64,000 nucleotides of DNA from Octopus vulgaris (GCA_951406725.2 OX597834.1:19902001-19966000); one strand, 5' to 3'. Shown: positions 12,085 to 25,952, counted from the first letter of the stretch. Translations and numbers: made by a program. Notes: generated from the letters alone by a model not told the origin.

Positions 12085-12402
12085 CTCCATCGGTTACAAC
12101 TATGAGTGTTCTAGTTGATCAGATCAAAGGAACAGCCCGCTCATGAAATTAACATGCAAGTGGCTGAGTGCTCCACAGACACAAGTACCCGTAACATAGT
12201 TCTCAGGAAAATTCAGTGTGGCACAAAATGTGACAAGGCTGGCCCCTTTGAATTACAGATACAACGCATTTTTACCAGCTGAGTGGACAAGTGCAATGTA
12301 AAATAAAGTGTCTTACTCAAAGACATGATGCCACTGGGAATTGAACTCACGACCTTACAATCGTGAGCCAAGTACTCTAGCCACTAAGCTACATATCTTC
12401 AC
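12085..12402 (-). mobile_element. tRNA-derived SINE (separate family)
   Basis: The minus strand has A box tagcttagtgg, B box gagttcaattccc and a CORE-like body. Confidence 0.7.
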
Positions 12403-13321
12403 AGTGTCTCAATGTGTTTGTCCCAGTGTGTGGACCATCCTGTTGAAAGTCAACTTAATTGCATGTCACGAGGAGAGAACACGCAAATCAGTTAAATTAT
12501 TCTAACACTTAAATAGATACGTTTACATGTATGTTAATTATTCTGTTAAATAATACTGCTGTAAATACTTAATTAACAATTAAACTACATTAAACCAATT
12601 AGGAGATAAGTCCACATTAAATAGATTGACATGAGATTAGAAACAGCATTAGATTGAATTAATGATGTTATATAAAGTTTATAGCATATCATCATCATCA
12701 TCATCACCATCATCATTTAACTATGTTCCATGTTAGCATGGATTTGATGGTCTGATAGGATGTGATGGTTCCAAGGACTGCATTGTGCTCCAGTGCCGAC
12801 TTTGGCTGGGTTTCTAATAAGTGGATGCTCTTCCAAATGCCAACCATTTTACAGCATGTACTGGGTGCTTTTCTCATGGCACCAACACTAGTGGAGTTGC
12901 CATATAGCTTGTAATACTATGAACCCTGAGAGAGATGGCCTTATGCTAGGAGATGAGGAATAGAGAGAGGTAAAGTTTTAGAGAAGGGACCCCAGAACTG
13001 AACAATTTTTTTGCTGGAGAAGCATACCATAGTTACTACTAATCTAGCAGAAAGGGAGTGATAGGGAGCGACTGATAGGGAGCCCATAAGAGAGTAAAAA
13101 AAAGAGGTGATGGGGTGTCTGGGTGGATGGAGCTAACTGTGATATTTTGTTCCCGAGAGACTTTTCAAAGATCTTTCCTGTTAAAAAAGACATAAAAACA
13201 CAGAGCTTGTCCGGAACATTTATGGTAGGTCATTACACTTGGAATATTTTGGGTGTGGATCCAAAAATGACAGTCTGGGTGAGCTCTGTGTTTGGTTAAT
13301 ACATTAGTTTCTTTGAGAAAT

Positions 13322-13806
13322 TTCTCTCGGATAAAATATTCTTTTCTACTCTAGGCACAAGGCCCGAAATTTTGGGAGAGGGGGGCCTAGTTGATTAGAT
13401 CGACCCCAGTACGCAACTGGTACTTAATTTGTCAACCCCAAAGGGATGAAAGTCAAAGTCAATCTTGGCAGAACTTTGAACTCAGAACGTAAAAGCAGGC
13501 AAAATACCTCTAAGCATTTCGACTGGCATTCTAACATTTCTGCCAGTTTGCCACCTTCTCTCAGACAAAATATTCTTTTCTACTCTAGGAACAAGTCCTG
13601 AAATTTTAGGGGAGGGGGCCAGTCGATTAGATTGACTCCAGTACACAACTGGTACTTAATTTATCAACCCCAAAGGGATGAAAGTCAAAGTCAACCCTGG
13701 CAGAACTTTGAACTCAGACCGTAAAGACAGGCAAAATACCGCTAAGCATTTTGACTAGCCTTCTGACATTTCTGCCAGCTTGCCGCCTTCTCTCAGACAA
13801 AATATT
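13322..13806 (-). mobile_element. Tandem dimer of a Nin-type tRNA SINE bounded by three copies of a 19 bp direct repeat
   Basis: Two ~215 bp copies contain minus-strand ctttcatccctttggggttgataaattaagtacc. The repeat ttctctc(a/g)ga(c/t)aaaatatt lies at 13322, 13556 and 13788. Other family fragments are at ~6355, ~15085, ~15505, ~19040, ~32640, ~43783 and ~51866. Confidence 0.85.
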
Positions 13807-14257
13807 GAAATATTACTGTGAGTACCAATCTGTGTTTTTGTATATACATAAACAAATGGTATACCGATTGCTAATTAGGACATAATTATAATTATTTTGA
13901 TAATTATGAAATAGCTATGATGTATTCTGATAAATGAATTAAATGTCAGAACGTCTGAGACAAATTTTGGTTAATCAAATTATAATTACCCGGACTTCCA
14001 ACCTCATCTTTGCAGTTTATGTTTGCATTATTCATATTGATGCTTAATTACATCACATTCTTTAATAATTGCACAACATTTTGAATTTAGTTTTGATTGT
14101 TACCTATCATCATCAGTCATTTTATTATTTGATGTTTACATAGTCTTAGACTAGGTGAGATCCAGGTTATCATTTTCCCCCCATAACTGAATATCAAATT
14201 AATGAGAGAAATGGATGTTATCTACATCACCACCACCACCACCACCTCAACCAGTGC

Positions 14258-14289
<32 letters not shown>

Positions 14290-16859
14290 CCACCACCACC
14301 ACCAATACTGTATATTTCTTTAGAAATGTGGTCAGGGATGGCTTTAACTGATATCACCATCATCAACAACATTGTCTTGATATCCACTTTTCTTTGCTTG
14401 CATGAGCGAGGATTCGTTGAAGCAGGTTTGGTACAACCTGATGCTCTTCCTGTTCCCAACCTTCTTCTGTTTCCTGGTAAAGCTATATTTGCCCTTCGCT
14501 GGACATGTTTCCATGGAGGACTTGTAGTAAATGACACCGCTTGTGTGACAGTGACACTCATTTACAGCTATCTCCACAATGTCAAAACACATTTGGTATT
14601 TCTGTCTAAGCACATCTCCCCCCCACACACACACACACTCACACTCACTAAAATCTCATGCAAATGACCAGCACTGAACTACATAAGAAACTTTACACAA
14701 CTTTCTTAATATTGATTTCTTACAAATCCACAGACCTGAAATGTATTCAAGACAATGAAAGAAATTCCGAGATGCCTAACATGTTTTTGACATGAAACCT
14801 GCATGAAACTCCCTCAGATATTACTCTTGACGCCAATGCTGGTTCAACGATACAAAACCTGTCTACTTCAAAACGTTTTTCTTTTAGTTCAAACTTTTCT
14901 AATAAAATTGTATGTCGGAAGTTTTCTGTAAGTCATGTTCCAAATTTTTTTATTTTTTTATCAAACTTAATAACAGAAAAGTTATTTAACTCAATCTGTC
15001 CATTTTTTTGATCACTAAAAATAAATTAATTGTGACATAAAGACTGTACATTTCTTTACAAATGTAGGCAGGAATGGTTTTAGTAAGACTGGTTTCAACC
15101 CAAGTATTCAGCTGGTACTTATTTTATTGACCCTGAAAGGATGAAAAAAAAAGTTGACCTCAGTGGAATTTGAACTCAGAACATAAAAATTGATGAAATG
15201 ATGCTAAGCATTTTGCCCGGTGTGCTAACAATTCTGCCAGCTCAATGCCTTCCGAGTTCTTTTACAGGGCTTAGAAAAACTGAAGGACCACTGCAATAAG
15301 TGTGTGAATCTGAGAAGGGAATATGTTGAATAAAATCATAATTAACTGATCCTCTGGTATTTTCTTTTACCCTAAGCCAGGAGCATTTCAGCATCCACTC
15401 AAATTTCATCAACCTCATCTAAATAATCCTTCATTTTTCTGTTTAAGTACAATTTGTCTCAATTTTGAAAATGATGAAATTTAGTAAAATAATTCTCATT
15501 ATTAATTGACTTTACCTGTCATCCTTTCGGGGTCACTACAATAAGTGCCAGTCAATCACTGGAGTCAATGTAATCGAATTACCTCTGGCCACTGAAATTG
15601 CTGGCCTTATGCCAAAATATGAAACCATTATTATTCTGATATTTAGATCACAAATTGATAAGAAATTTTGATGGAAGCTTTTAATTGAATATCATTTCAA
15701 ATGTAATGTTTGTATCTTAGAATGAAAGTTATAACTTCCATGTTTTAATTATGTAATATAAGGTTGGTGTACATACCTTCGAGGGTACAGTCAGTTACAT
15801 TGATCCCAGTTGGTAACTGGTATTTATCTTATGGATGAAACACAAAGTTAATCTTGAAAGTTGAACCAGAGGCATTTTATTTGAAGATGCAGTCTGTTTT
15901 ATCAACGCACAGTGCTTGATTAAGTAGATGTTTGATCAACTTCAGGCAGATGAAAGATGAAGTAAATATTTATCAAAGGCTTATAAACTTTGTAAACTAG
16001 TAAAGTGAAATAACCCGGTCCTTAATGGAATATTGGACTTAAAGCACACACACACACACACACATGCACACACATGCACACACAGGCACACACACACACA
16101 CAATTAAGTATTTGTGTTCTGTATATTAAATATTTAGACAATGTACAAACCTAATTATAATGCAACAGAAGTGAATAGAAAAATTGAAAATCTATGGATA
16201 CACACACTCACACACACAGATAGAAAGATAGACAGATAGACAGACAGGCAGACAGATGGATAGATAGATAGACAGAGAGATAGATAGACGGAAAGGTTGG
16301 TAGGTAGGTAGGTAGGTAGGTAGGTAGGTAGGTAGGTTGATAGATAGATAGATAGATAGATATGTAAATGGGGAAAAAAATAATCAAGAGTAGACCAGCA
16401 ATTAATTGTAGAGTTGATCAGATAACTTGTCGATAATTCTATTGAAATTATAATCTTGAAAAAAGAATTTATTTTCTCCATTTAAGATATTATCAGGAAT
16501 TGAAATATTTAATGCAAATCTAAGTGACTTGATGTGTGCGGGTGTGTGTGTGTAAAGTCAGTTAAATGTCTGTGAGGAGTCTCTCTTACTAACAGATAGA
16601 GTTTGGCATTAAAGACTGGAAAAAAAATAGCAAAATGGACTGGTGTATCTAGATATACATAGACATGTCAAAAGTAAATAGACATTTCTCCTTCTACAAT
16701 TTTTATTTCTGTTGACTCTGTCTGATACTTTGAGCTTGTTAATGTATTATGCATAAGGTATGTCTACTAAATCCAAGTTTAAGCATTTCAATGCATCAAA
16801 TATCATTATTTTCTTTCTAGAAATAAAACTTTCCAAAACAAAGGGTTTTACTTGAACAT

Positions 16860-17210
16860 ATTGACCCCAGGACTTATTTTATTTTCTTAATTTGTAATTA
16901 GTTTCTTTTTGCCAAACTGCTAAGTCACTGGGATGTAAAGAAACCATCACCAGCTGTCAAGTGGTGGTAGGAGACCAACATAAACACACATAGATATACA
17001 TACACAAACACGTATATACTCACACTCAAACACACACACACACACACACACACATGTACACACATACAATGGACTTTTTTCATTTTCCAATGACCAAATC
17101 CCCTTAGAACGCTTTGATCAGCCTGTGCTGTAGAAAAAGACATTTACCCAAGTGGGACTGAACCCAAACCATGAGTCTGGAAGAAAGCAAACTTCCTACC
17201 ACACAACCAT
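16860..17210 (-). mobile_element. Old CORE-type SINE copy
   Basis: Diverged but colinear with the family. Confidence 0.65.
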
Positions 17211-17321
17211 ATATATATATGTTCATACAGCTGTATGAACATTTAATGTGGCTTTAGAGTCAAGTTTTGGCTGCTATTTTCAGTGTGTTGGTATCTCTTA
17301 GATACCCTGAATTATAATTAG

Positions 17322-17374
<53 letters not shown>

Positions 17375-17376
17375 TA

Positions 17377-17510
17377 CTGTACAGTATTACAGATCTATTT
17401 CAGCTGATTTTACAAAATGGTTTCACACACTAATTACATAACTAGGTGATAGCAAAAACAGCACTCATCAGATGTAAAATAGGCTGAAACGGATCTATGA
17501 TACTATACAG
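17377..17510 (-). ncRNA. Fold-back element containing a type I hammerhead-like motif
   Basis: A 38 bp inverted repeat (31/38 matches) encloses minus-strand CUGAUGA-gtgc...gtgt-GAAA-C. Confidence 0.55.
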
Positions 17511-17900
17511 AATAAAGATTAATATACCCACTCTGTTGACAAATATGTGAATGCCTGTTTCTTTCTAGCTTATGGATTGTTAGGTGGCTATGCTTAAATA
17601 CATGACAAGATTACTTCAAGGGATTATTAGGAAGATCCTTTGCACACAAACAGGGATTCAGTATATATGAACAAAGACTAATGCTTTTATCTATACCGGG
17701 AAAGGCCTGGCAAAATGAAGCTTACCATTGCATTATATAACAGATTGTTGTCTGCTTCAAAATGATTGTAAATTCTGCACAGGCATTTTGTGAAGTGGCT
17801 GTATTATACATGAAATTCAGGAAACAGTTACGTTTGCTTCTGCCACCAAATTGAATATCAGGACATGACTAGAATATAATATAGCAATAATAATAATAAT

Positions 17901-17950
<50 letters not shown>

Positions 17951-18492
17951 TAATAATGTTATTATTATTATTATTATTATTTGATTTTCAGTATTGTTCA
18001 TTGATTCATATTATGCGTTCGTTTATTGACAAATGAGCTGTGTAAATACGTGTTCATTTCGTTCATAAATGTTTAATTAGTTATATAATATACATAATTG
18101 TATTCTACATTAATTAATTTCTCATTTCTATAACAGCATCATTAAATATGAAACTTAGATATGTCTGGGGTTTGTGGACTGCAAATGGAAAAGATGAAAT
18201 TGCATGAAATCATCCACCATCAGAATGGAGATTGTGATGTCCAAAGTTTGTTTTGGTTCCTCAGAGGTTAGCAGCCACCAAATTATTAGAAGTGACTAAA
18301 CCCATATTTAAAGACACTGGGAAATAATATCACATGACCACGTGACCAACAAGGCTATCAGGTTTGAGGAGCATCTGATGTTGAAAAATCTGAAATCCTC
18401 TAAGACCCCAGAAATATAAGGAGTATCCATGAGATACACCTTGGAATGATCACAGACACACACTTATATTATTGGCTGTCTATATATTTATT

Positions 18493-18541
<49 letters not shown>

Positions 18542-18544
18542 CAC

Positions 18545-18757
18545 ATTTTCAACATGTTAAACTGTTATTCCCAACAATTTTTTCTCTCTCCTCTTTTTTT
18601 ATGTTCCCTCTCCATTTTTTTTTACTCTCAATCCTCTCTGTTGAAGGGTATATACTTGAAACATCAATGACTTTAACATTCTTCTCAAGTATCAAACGAA
18701 TATACTTACTTGTTCCCATGTCTGTCTTTGTATTTTGTCATCTATAAATTTGAACTA
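18545..18757 (+). mobile_element. (TA)n-flanked Penelope-like 3' end, decayed
   Basis: ctgttgaagggtatatacttgaaacat lies at 18638-18664, and the tail aaatttgaactata resembles that of the 11801 element. Confidence 0.45.
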
Positions 18758-18777
18758 TACATATATATATATATATA

Positions 18778-18990
18778 AATGTGACCTCGTCTGTACCGTT
18801 GGCGATTTTTTTTCCTCTGTCTTCCCTTCTCTGGATCTTTCCTTCTCCTATGTTTCCGACGAAGAGCTCCGCTCGAAACGTTAAACCCTCCTTCTTTCCT
18901 TTTATTCCTGAGCGTCCAATAATACTATATTTGTTCCACGTTCTCGCGTTGTTGTGTTTTTTTGTGCTTTCTTGTTTAGATTAACTTTAT
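18778..18990 (+). mobile_element. Penelope-like 3' end (pLTR) with minimal hammerhead
   Basis: Near-identical to 53848-54044 and flanked by (TA)n. The HHR motif is at 18852-18886. Confidence 0.8.
18852..18886 (+). ncRNA. Minimal type I hammerhead ribozyme motif
   Basis: gttt CCGACGA A gagc tcc gctc GAAA CG UU aaac gives stem I gttt/aaac, stem II gagc/gctc, a palindromic ACGU helix III and a GUU cleavage triplet. Confidence 0.7.
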
Positions 18991-19182
18991 ATATATATAT
19001 ATATTTTATATAGTGTATATATATATATATATATATATTCTGTTCTACTCTAGGCACAAGGCCTGAAAATTTTGGGGAAGGGGCCAGTTGATTAGATTGA
19101 CTTCAGTACACAACTGGCACTTAATTTATTGGCCCTGAAAGGATGAGAGGCAAAGTCAACCCTATATATATGATATATATAT

Positions 19183-19390
19183 ATTATCTGAAGTGTACAG
19201 TATTATATATACAGTACGGTTGGCCGAACTCACCAATTGGTTTTGTGCCAGGGATTCAACAGAGCATTAGGTAACAATCCAATTATGTAACCTTGTACTC
19301 ATCAGAGGTAGCCGATATGGAATCCCTGGCCGGAAACCAATTAGGAAGATCTGCAGTAATGGACATATAATGCTGTACACTTCAGGTAAT
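19183..19390. repeat. Fold-back (inverted repeat) element with an internal CUGAUGA on the minus strand
   Basis: Arms 19183-19257 and 19320-19390 are imperfect reverse complements. tcatcag lies at 19299-19305. Confidence 0.75.
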
Positions 19391-20011
19391 GTATCCACTC
19401 TATTGACAATTATACGAATGCATTTTTTGCCCAACTTATGGATTTTTAGATGACTTACACACACACACACACACACACACACGTGTGGGTGTGTGTGTGA
19501 GTATATGTCTGTATATATTGTATCAAACACTGAGAATCTATTTCTTGAGTAGTCATGATTAGCCAACGGGCAAAACTCTAACAGATGCTAAATTATTGTT
19601 ACATAAAACGTACCTTTTCACTTGACTCCAAGAATTCACTTTTATATCAGATAATGCTTTGGTACCTTATATAACATGCACTTGTGTATAACATATATTT
19701 TTTCACCTTATGAATATGTGTGCATATGTACGTGTGTATATGTGTGTACATGTGTGTGTGTACACATGTCAGTAGATGTGTGCTTGTATGTTTGTGAATC
19801 TCTGTGTCTCTCTATGTATATATATATATATATATATACATTAGTAACATCCACACACACACACATATGTGCATACATGTACATATATATATATATACAT
19901 ATATATACATATATATCTTCATACATGTGTATGCCTATCTATATCTCTCTCTCTATCTATATATATACATATATATATACATACATACACATACACATAT
20001 ATATATATGTA

Positions 20012-20053
<42 letters not shown>

Positions 20054-20148
20054 TATATACACATACACACACACATATATGATTATATCTTTCTGTGTGC
20101 ATATGTGAGAATATGTCTAGGCTATGCACACACACACACACACACTCA

Positions 20149-20189
<41 letters not shown>

Positions 20190-20284
20190 ACATTCACACA
20201 CACACACACACCCTATATTTGCATTCAGCTTATAATTGCGTGGTATATGTGATTGTGTAATTGCCTCCCTGTCTGCTTATATGA

Positions 20285-20320
<36 letters not shown>

Positions 20321-21732
20321 CTTTATACAATTCAAAACAAACTGAAGACAATGAACCTGACTTCTGTATTCTCTTCACTGAAAAACTGTTCAGTGACATC
20401 TTTTTCCTCTCTCTACGTATTTGTCTGTCCCTCTTTTCCTTCTCTTTCCTCTTCTTTCTGCCTCTCCTATCTATTTTCCCCTCTCTCTCTCTCTCTCTCT
20501 CTTCTTCTCTCTGCCTCTCCTGTCTATTTTATTCCCTCTCTCTCTCTCTCTCTCCGCTCTCTCACACTCAAATGCAGACAGTCATTAACACATGTCTGAT
20601 GTCTCTGATGTGAAGTTAAACATCCATAATAATGACTCCATTGAAAGAAGACATCTATTAACACCTCTCTTTTCATCCCCTTCGCTCACATACAAACAAA
20701 CACACACACACACACACACACACACAAATACACAGAAAAATACACACACACATACACACACATAGTCTCATATACAAGCACAGACATACACACACACATA
20801 CACACACATAGTCTCATATACAAGCACAGACATACACACACACATAGACACATGCAAACGCATATACACACATACTTGCATACATGTAAATAATCACCAG
20901 CCTATACACACACATATACATTTGCATATTACATACACATAGTCTCATATACAAACACAGACATACACACATAGACACATATGCAAACACATTTGCACAC
21001 ATACACACATGCTTGCATACATGTAAATAATCACCAGCCTATACACACACATATACATTTGCATATGCTATTGTTTCACCTATTATTCATACTCTCTCAC
21101 ATACAGACTCATGGTTTAATGTATAAACACATACATACACATGTGTGAGTATATATATATATACATGCCCATAAAGACACGCACACACACACATGCACAT
21201 TCATATGCACACACACAAACACACAACATATATTCATATGCACACACAGGCACACACACACACACTCACACAAACACACACACACACATGCAAACACACA
21301 AACACACACACACATGCATGCACATTCATACGCACACACAGGCACACACACAAACAAACACACACACAAGCACACACGCATTCACAATGCACTGAATACA
21401 TATATTTCTGCACATACAATTGGTTATGAACCAATGAGTGGGCAGCTCAGGCTTCTTTCAGTTTCCATCTACCAAATCCACTCACAAGGCTTTGGTCAGC
21501 CCAAAGTTAAAGTAGAAGACCCTTGCCCATACATTGGAACTGAACCCAGCGCCATGTGGTTTGAAAGTAAACCTCTTACCACACAGCCGTGCCTGCACCT
21601 TGATACAGAAAACCCCTTTTTCACTTCTTCAAAAGTTCAGAATTTTAGCCTCCATCATAATGATAAACTTCTGACAATTGTTTCTGATTTGAGCACAAAG
21701 CCAGAAGTTTAGACGGGAAATCATTTACATCA

Positions 21733-22395
21733 AGCTCATTTTATTGCCCCTTAAGGGATGAAAGACACCAGCAGGATTTGAACTCAGAATATAAAGAGCC
21801 AGAAAAAATTAATATAGCTCATTTTATTGCCCCTTAAGGGATGAAAGACACCAGTAGGATTTGAGCTCAGAATATAAAGAGCCAGAAAAAATTAATATAG
21901 CTCATTTTATTGCCCCTTAAAGGGATGAAAGACACCAGCAGGATTTGAACTCAGGATATAGAGCCAGAAAAAATTAATATAGCTCATTTTATTGCCCCTT
22001 AAGGGATGAAAGACACCAGCAGGATTTGAACTCAGAATATAAAGAGCCAGAAAAAATTAATATAGCTCATTTTATTGCCCCTTAAGGGATGAAAGACACC
22101 AGCAGGATTTGAACTCAGAATATAAAGAGCCAGAAAAAATTAATATAGCTCATTTTATTGCCCCTTGAGGGATGAAAGACATCAGCAGGATTTGAACTCA
22201 GAATATAAAGAGCCAGAAAAATTAATATAGCTCATTTTATTGCCCCTTAAGGGATGAACGACACCAGCAGGATTTGAACTCAGAATATAAAGAGCCAGAA
22301 AAAATTAATATAGCTCATTTTATTGCCCCTTAAGGGATGAAACGACACCAGCAGGATTTGAACTCAGAATGTAAAGAGCCAGAAAAAATTAATAT
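21733..22395. repeat. Minisatellite, 8 x ~83 bp, derived from the interior of a Nin-type SINE
   Basis: Units start at 21733, 21816, 21899, 21981, 22064, 22147, 22229 and 22312. The flanks continue the SINE on both sides. Confidence 0.95.
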
Positions 22396-22465
22396 ACACC
22401 ACATTTTACAATTTTCTAACAATTCTGCCAGCTTGAGAAGAAAACTGTATGAATGTGTGTGCATG

Positions 22466-22518
<53 letters not shown>

Positions 22519-24315
22519 ATGAGGGAGTGAGAGCGAGAGAGGAGGTGAAAAACCATGCAGATCTCATTTACTTTCAGCAGTGTATGAAAAAAAAAAAACC
22601 TTGTGAATTTTACTGCCAACAGATTTCAGAATTAACAAATATTGTATAACTTACTTTTCTTTGTTATTCAGTTGCATACAACACGATATTTTTCTCTTTT
22701 TTTTCTTTCTCACTTACTGTGTACTTTTACAACCATAAATTGCATACATATATATGATGTACATTAAATGTATACTGTAATTTCAGCAGATTTTTAACCC
22801 TGTTATTTATATATATTGACATCTATGATAGTGACCTGTCTTCGGTCAATTTTTAACTTGCAGTGACAGTATTTTACATTCGTCTGTATTTTGGGTTTGT
22901 CTCTTGTTACCATAGCTGCAGCTTAAAATTTGTTACACTTTCCCCCGGAGCATAAAATGGTGTGTTCAACCACCATGAATAAAAATGTCCAAATTATCAT
23001 TATCATCATCATCATCATTTAACGTCTTTTTCTTTCTATGCTGGCATGGGTTGGATGGTTTGACTGGAGCTGGCTCCAAGTGTCTGTTGTGACATCGTTT
23101 CTACAACTGGATGCCCTTCCTAATGCCAACCACTCTACAGAGAATCCAGGGTGCCTTTTATGTGCCACTGGCATTTTAAAAGATCACTGTAGAGTTGTGG
23201 GGCAGACAGCTACAGTGTAATAGAAGCAGAGAGGAATGGGAAAATGCTGTGTTTGGTGGGAGAACTGCGAGCATACAGTTCTGAGGTAACTAAGGGCATT
23301 CATAATTCCCAAGCATGCATGGAAATTTGGATAAGTACACAGAAGCAGTTAAAAAAATGGACTCATTTATAAAACTGACAAATTTGATTTTATTTATTAA
23401 TATTTTTGACAACTAGGTGAAAAAAATCTGACGATGTTGTCACTGCTGTAGATGGTACTTAAGCATTTCATATTAAGCTTTAGCACACTGCATTTTCTCT
23501 AGAATTGTTTCCCCTGGCATTGCCCTGCTACTACAGGAAAGAAATCTCATACAGTGACATGATACACTTACAGTGTGCTAAAGGTTAAACACTCTGAAAT
23601 TTTCGTGAACATCAACTGTTAATCTGCCATTGTTTAAAAAGGCCGTCTCTGATTCTAATGTAGCAAGGAAGTTAGTTTTTTGATGGTTGAACAAAAGATG
23701 TAAGTATTAATTTGGTCTTTGCATTGCATTCTGTTAATGCTTCTTCAGCAAAACCACGAAGAAATGAAACCAAGAACATTGTGGAATTGCTACAGGTGGG
23801 GTGGGGTGGGGGTAATCACAACTCAATAAAGTATTGCTTCCTGTAATTATTTTATACTTTGACTGGAAGAATGGTGTTTTACAGTCCAAACTGATTGTAT
23901 TAAGCAACACACCTAATAGGACTGCAGACATAATCGTTAATTATGTAAAGGAAACTCTGGTGAATTATGGTACAAAGCCTTAAGCAGAAGTAATATTGCT
24001 TCCTTCTTTAATATTTTTAATATTTCTTTACAATGCTTGTTGTATGTTAGCCAACACTGAAAACACAATGCAACAATCTGGGTGCGTGTGTGTACACTTC
24101 TAGAAAGATGCGGGATTACAGGATTTATATATGTGCATTGTGTGTGTGTGTATCAAAAGAGGAAGCTGCAAAAGTATTTTAATATTATTCATTCATCATT
24201 ACACATGTTTCATTTACTAATAGGTGTTACAAAATATTACATATAGAGTAAACATGTAAGGAATATCTCCTATTAGAAATTCTGCCAATAGAGGGTGGAT
24301 TATAACCCTACCTAC

Positions 24316-24348
<33 letters not shown>

Positions 24349-25112
24349 ATATATACATATATATATATGCACATAAATGTATGTATATATATATATATAT
24401 ACACACACACACATTGTAAATAGTAAGGAATTACCCCAAAACGTTTACTGGTTTGCTTTCAGGTAATCATAGTACTCCTTATAATTCTTATTGTTGATAT
24501 ATGCATGTATGTATACATTTATGTGTGTGTGTCTGTGTGTGTGTGCATGTGTGTGTGCCTCACCACTGAACCATATGTCTTCAAACTTATTATTATTATC
24601 ATTATCATAGTGAATAGTAACCGCAAAGGAGTAGGAAACACAGGTATTATTAGCTTTTGAAGAGATAATTTTAGAACATTGCCACACCAGTCTGGTAATT
24701 AAAGAGAAGTGTGGTGCATCTGTGTCAGTGCCCAACACAAGTCGATAGGAGAAGAAGAAGAAGAAGAGGAGAGAGAGGAGGAAGAAGGAGAAGAAGAAAG
24801 AGAAGGGACAAGAAGAAGAAGAAAGAGAAGGGACAAGAAGAAGAAGAGGAGGTGGAGGAGGAAGAAGAAGAAGAAGAGGAAGAGGTGATACTGGTATTGA
24901 TTCAGTTAGCAATCGTCTGCAAACCTGCTCTGCAAATGCCAACAGAAACGATCTCATTGGCAATATTTAGTATTTTGCTTGGATGTGTTTCAGGATCTTT
25001 GAATATGACAGACGGTTGTTTTGTATGCATATATTTTAAGAGGAAACTGTGTAATATACATACATACATATATATGTATATATATATATGTATGTATATA
25101 TATATATGTATG

Positions 25113-25180
<68 letters not shown>

Positions 25181-25327
25181 CATACAGACACAAACATGAT
25201 GGCTGTGTGGTTAAGAAGTTTGGTTTGCAAGTGTGTGGTTTCAGGTTCTATCCCACTGTGTGACATCTTGGGCAGGTGCTTTCTACTAAAAAGTCGTCAG
25301 TTGACCAATGTCTCTGCTGTGGTTTTT

Positions 25328-25428
25328 AGTATATCGGTCTCTTTTTGCCAAACCACTAAGTTATGGGAACATAAACACAGTACCATCAGTTGTCAAGCAA
25401 TGTTGGGGAGACACACACAAACATATAT

Positions 25429-25475
<47 letters not shown>

Positions 25476-25641
25476 TATGACGGGCTTCTTTCAGTTTCCG
25501 TCTACCAAATCCACTCACAAGGCTTTGGTCAGCCCGAGACTATAGTAGAAGACGCTTGCCCAAGGTGCCACGCAGTGGGACTGAACCTGGAACCATGTGG
25601 TTGGTAAGCAAGCTACTTACCACACAGCCACTCCTGCACCT
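25328..25641 (-). mobile_element. tRNA-derived CORE-type SINE, tail truncated
   Basis: The head is near consensus (aggtgcaggagtggctgtgtggtaagtagc on minus). A plus-strand head fragment lies at ~25198-25290. Confidence 0.85.
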
Positions 25642-25952
25642 ATTTATGAGTATTTTTATATATATATGGAAATTGCCGATCTGATGTCAGTATATGGAAT
25701 TCTCAAATGATGTTGGACGATTATAGTCGCTGTCAGTGTGCAAATATGTGCTTTGACTACAGCATTAGAGCATTTCAGCTCTTATTTCTAGCAATGTAGG
25801 TGTGTCTAACACCCTTGGCATATTTAGTGACGATTATAGTTTTCCTTTTTGGTAAAACATTGTAAACTGTCAGCCATATAAATTTTATATATATATATGA
25901 ATAATACATTTCTAAATCTCTAGAGAGATTTATGCAGTAGCAGCATGATAAA

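Noticed and set aside
17555-17780. Possible splice acceptor (tttctttctag) followed by complex sequence
   Set aside because: All three frames hit stop codons within ~40 nt.
21733-22395. Regularly spaced repeats resembling a CRISPR array
   Set aside because: The units are contiguous with no unique spacers, they derive from a SINE, the context is eukaryotic, and there are no cas genes.
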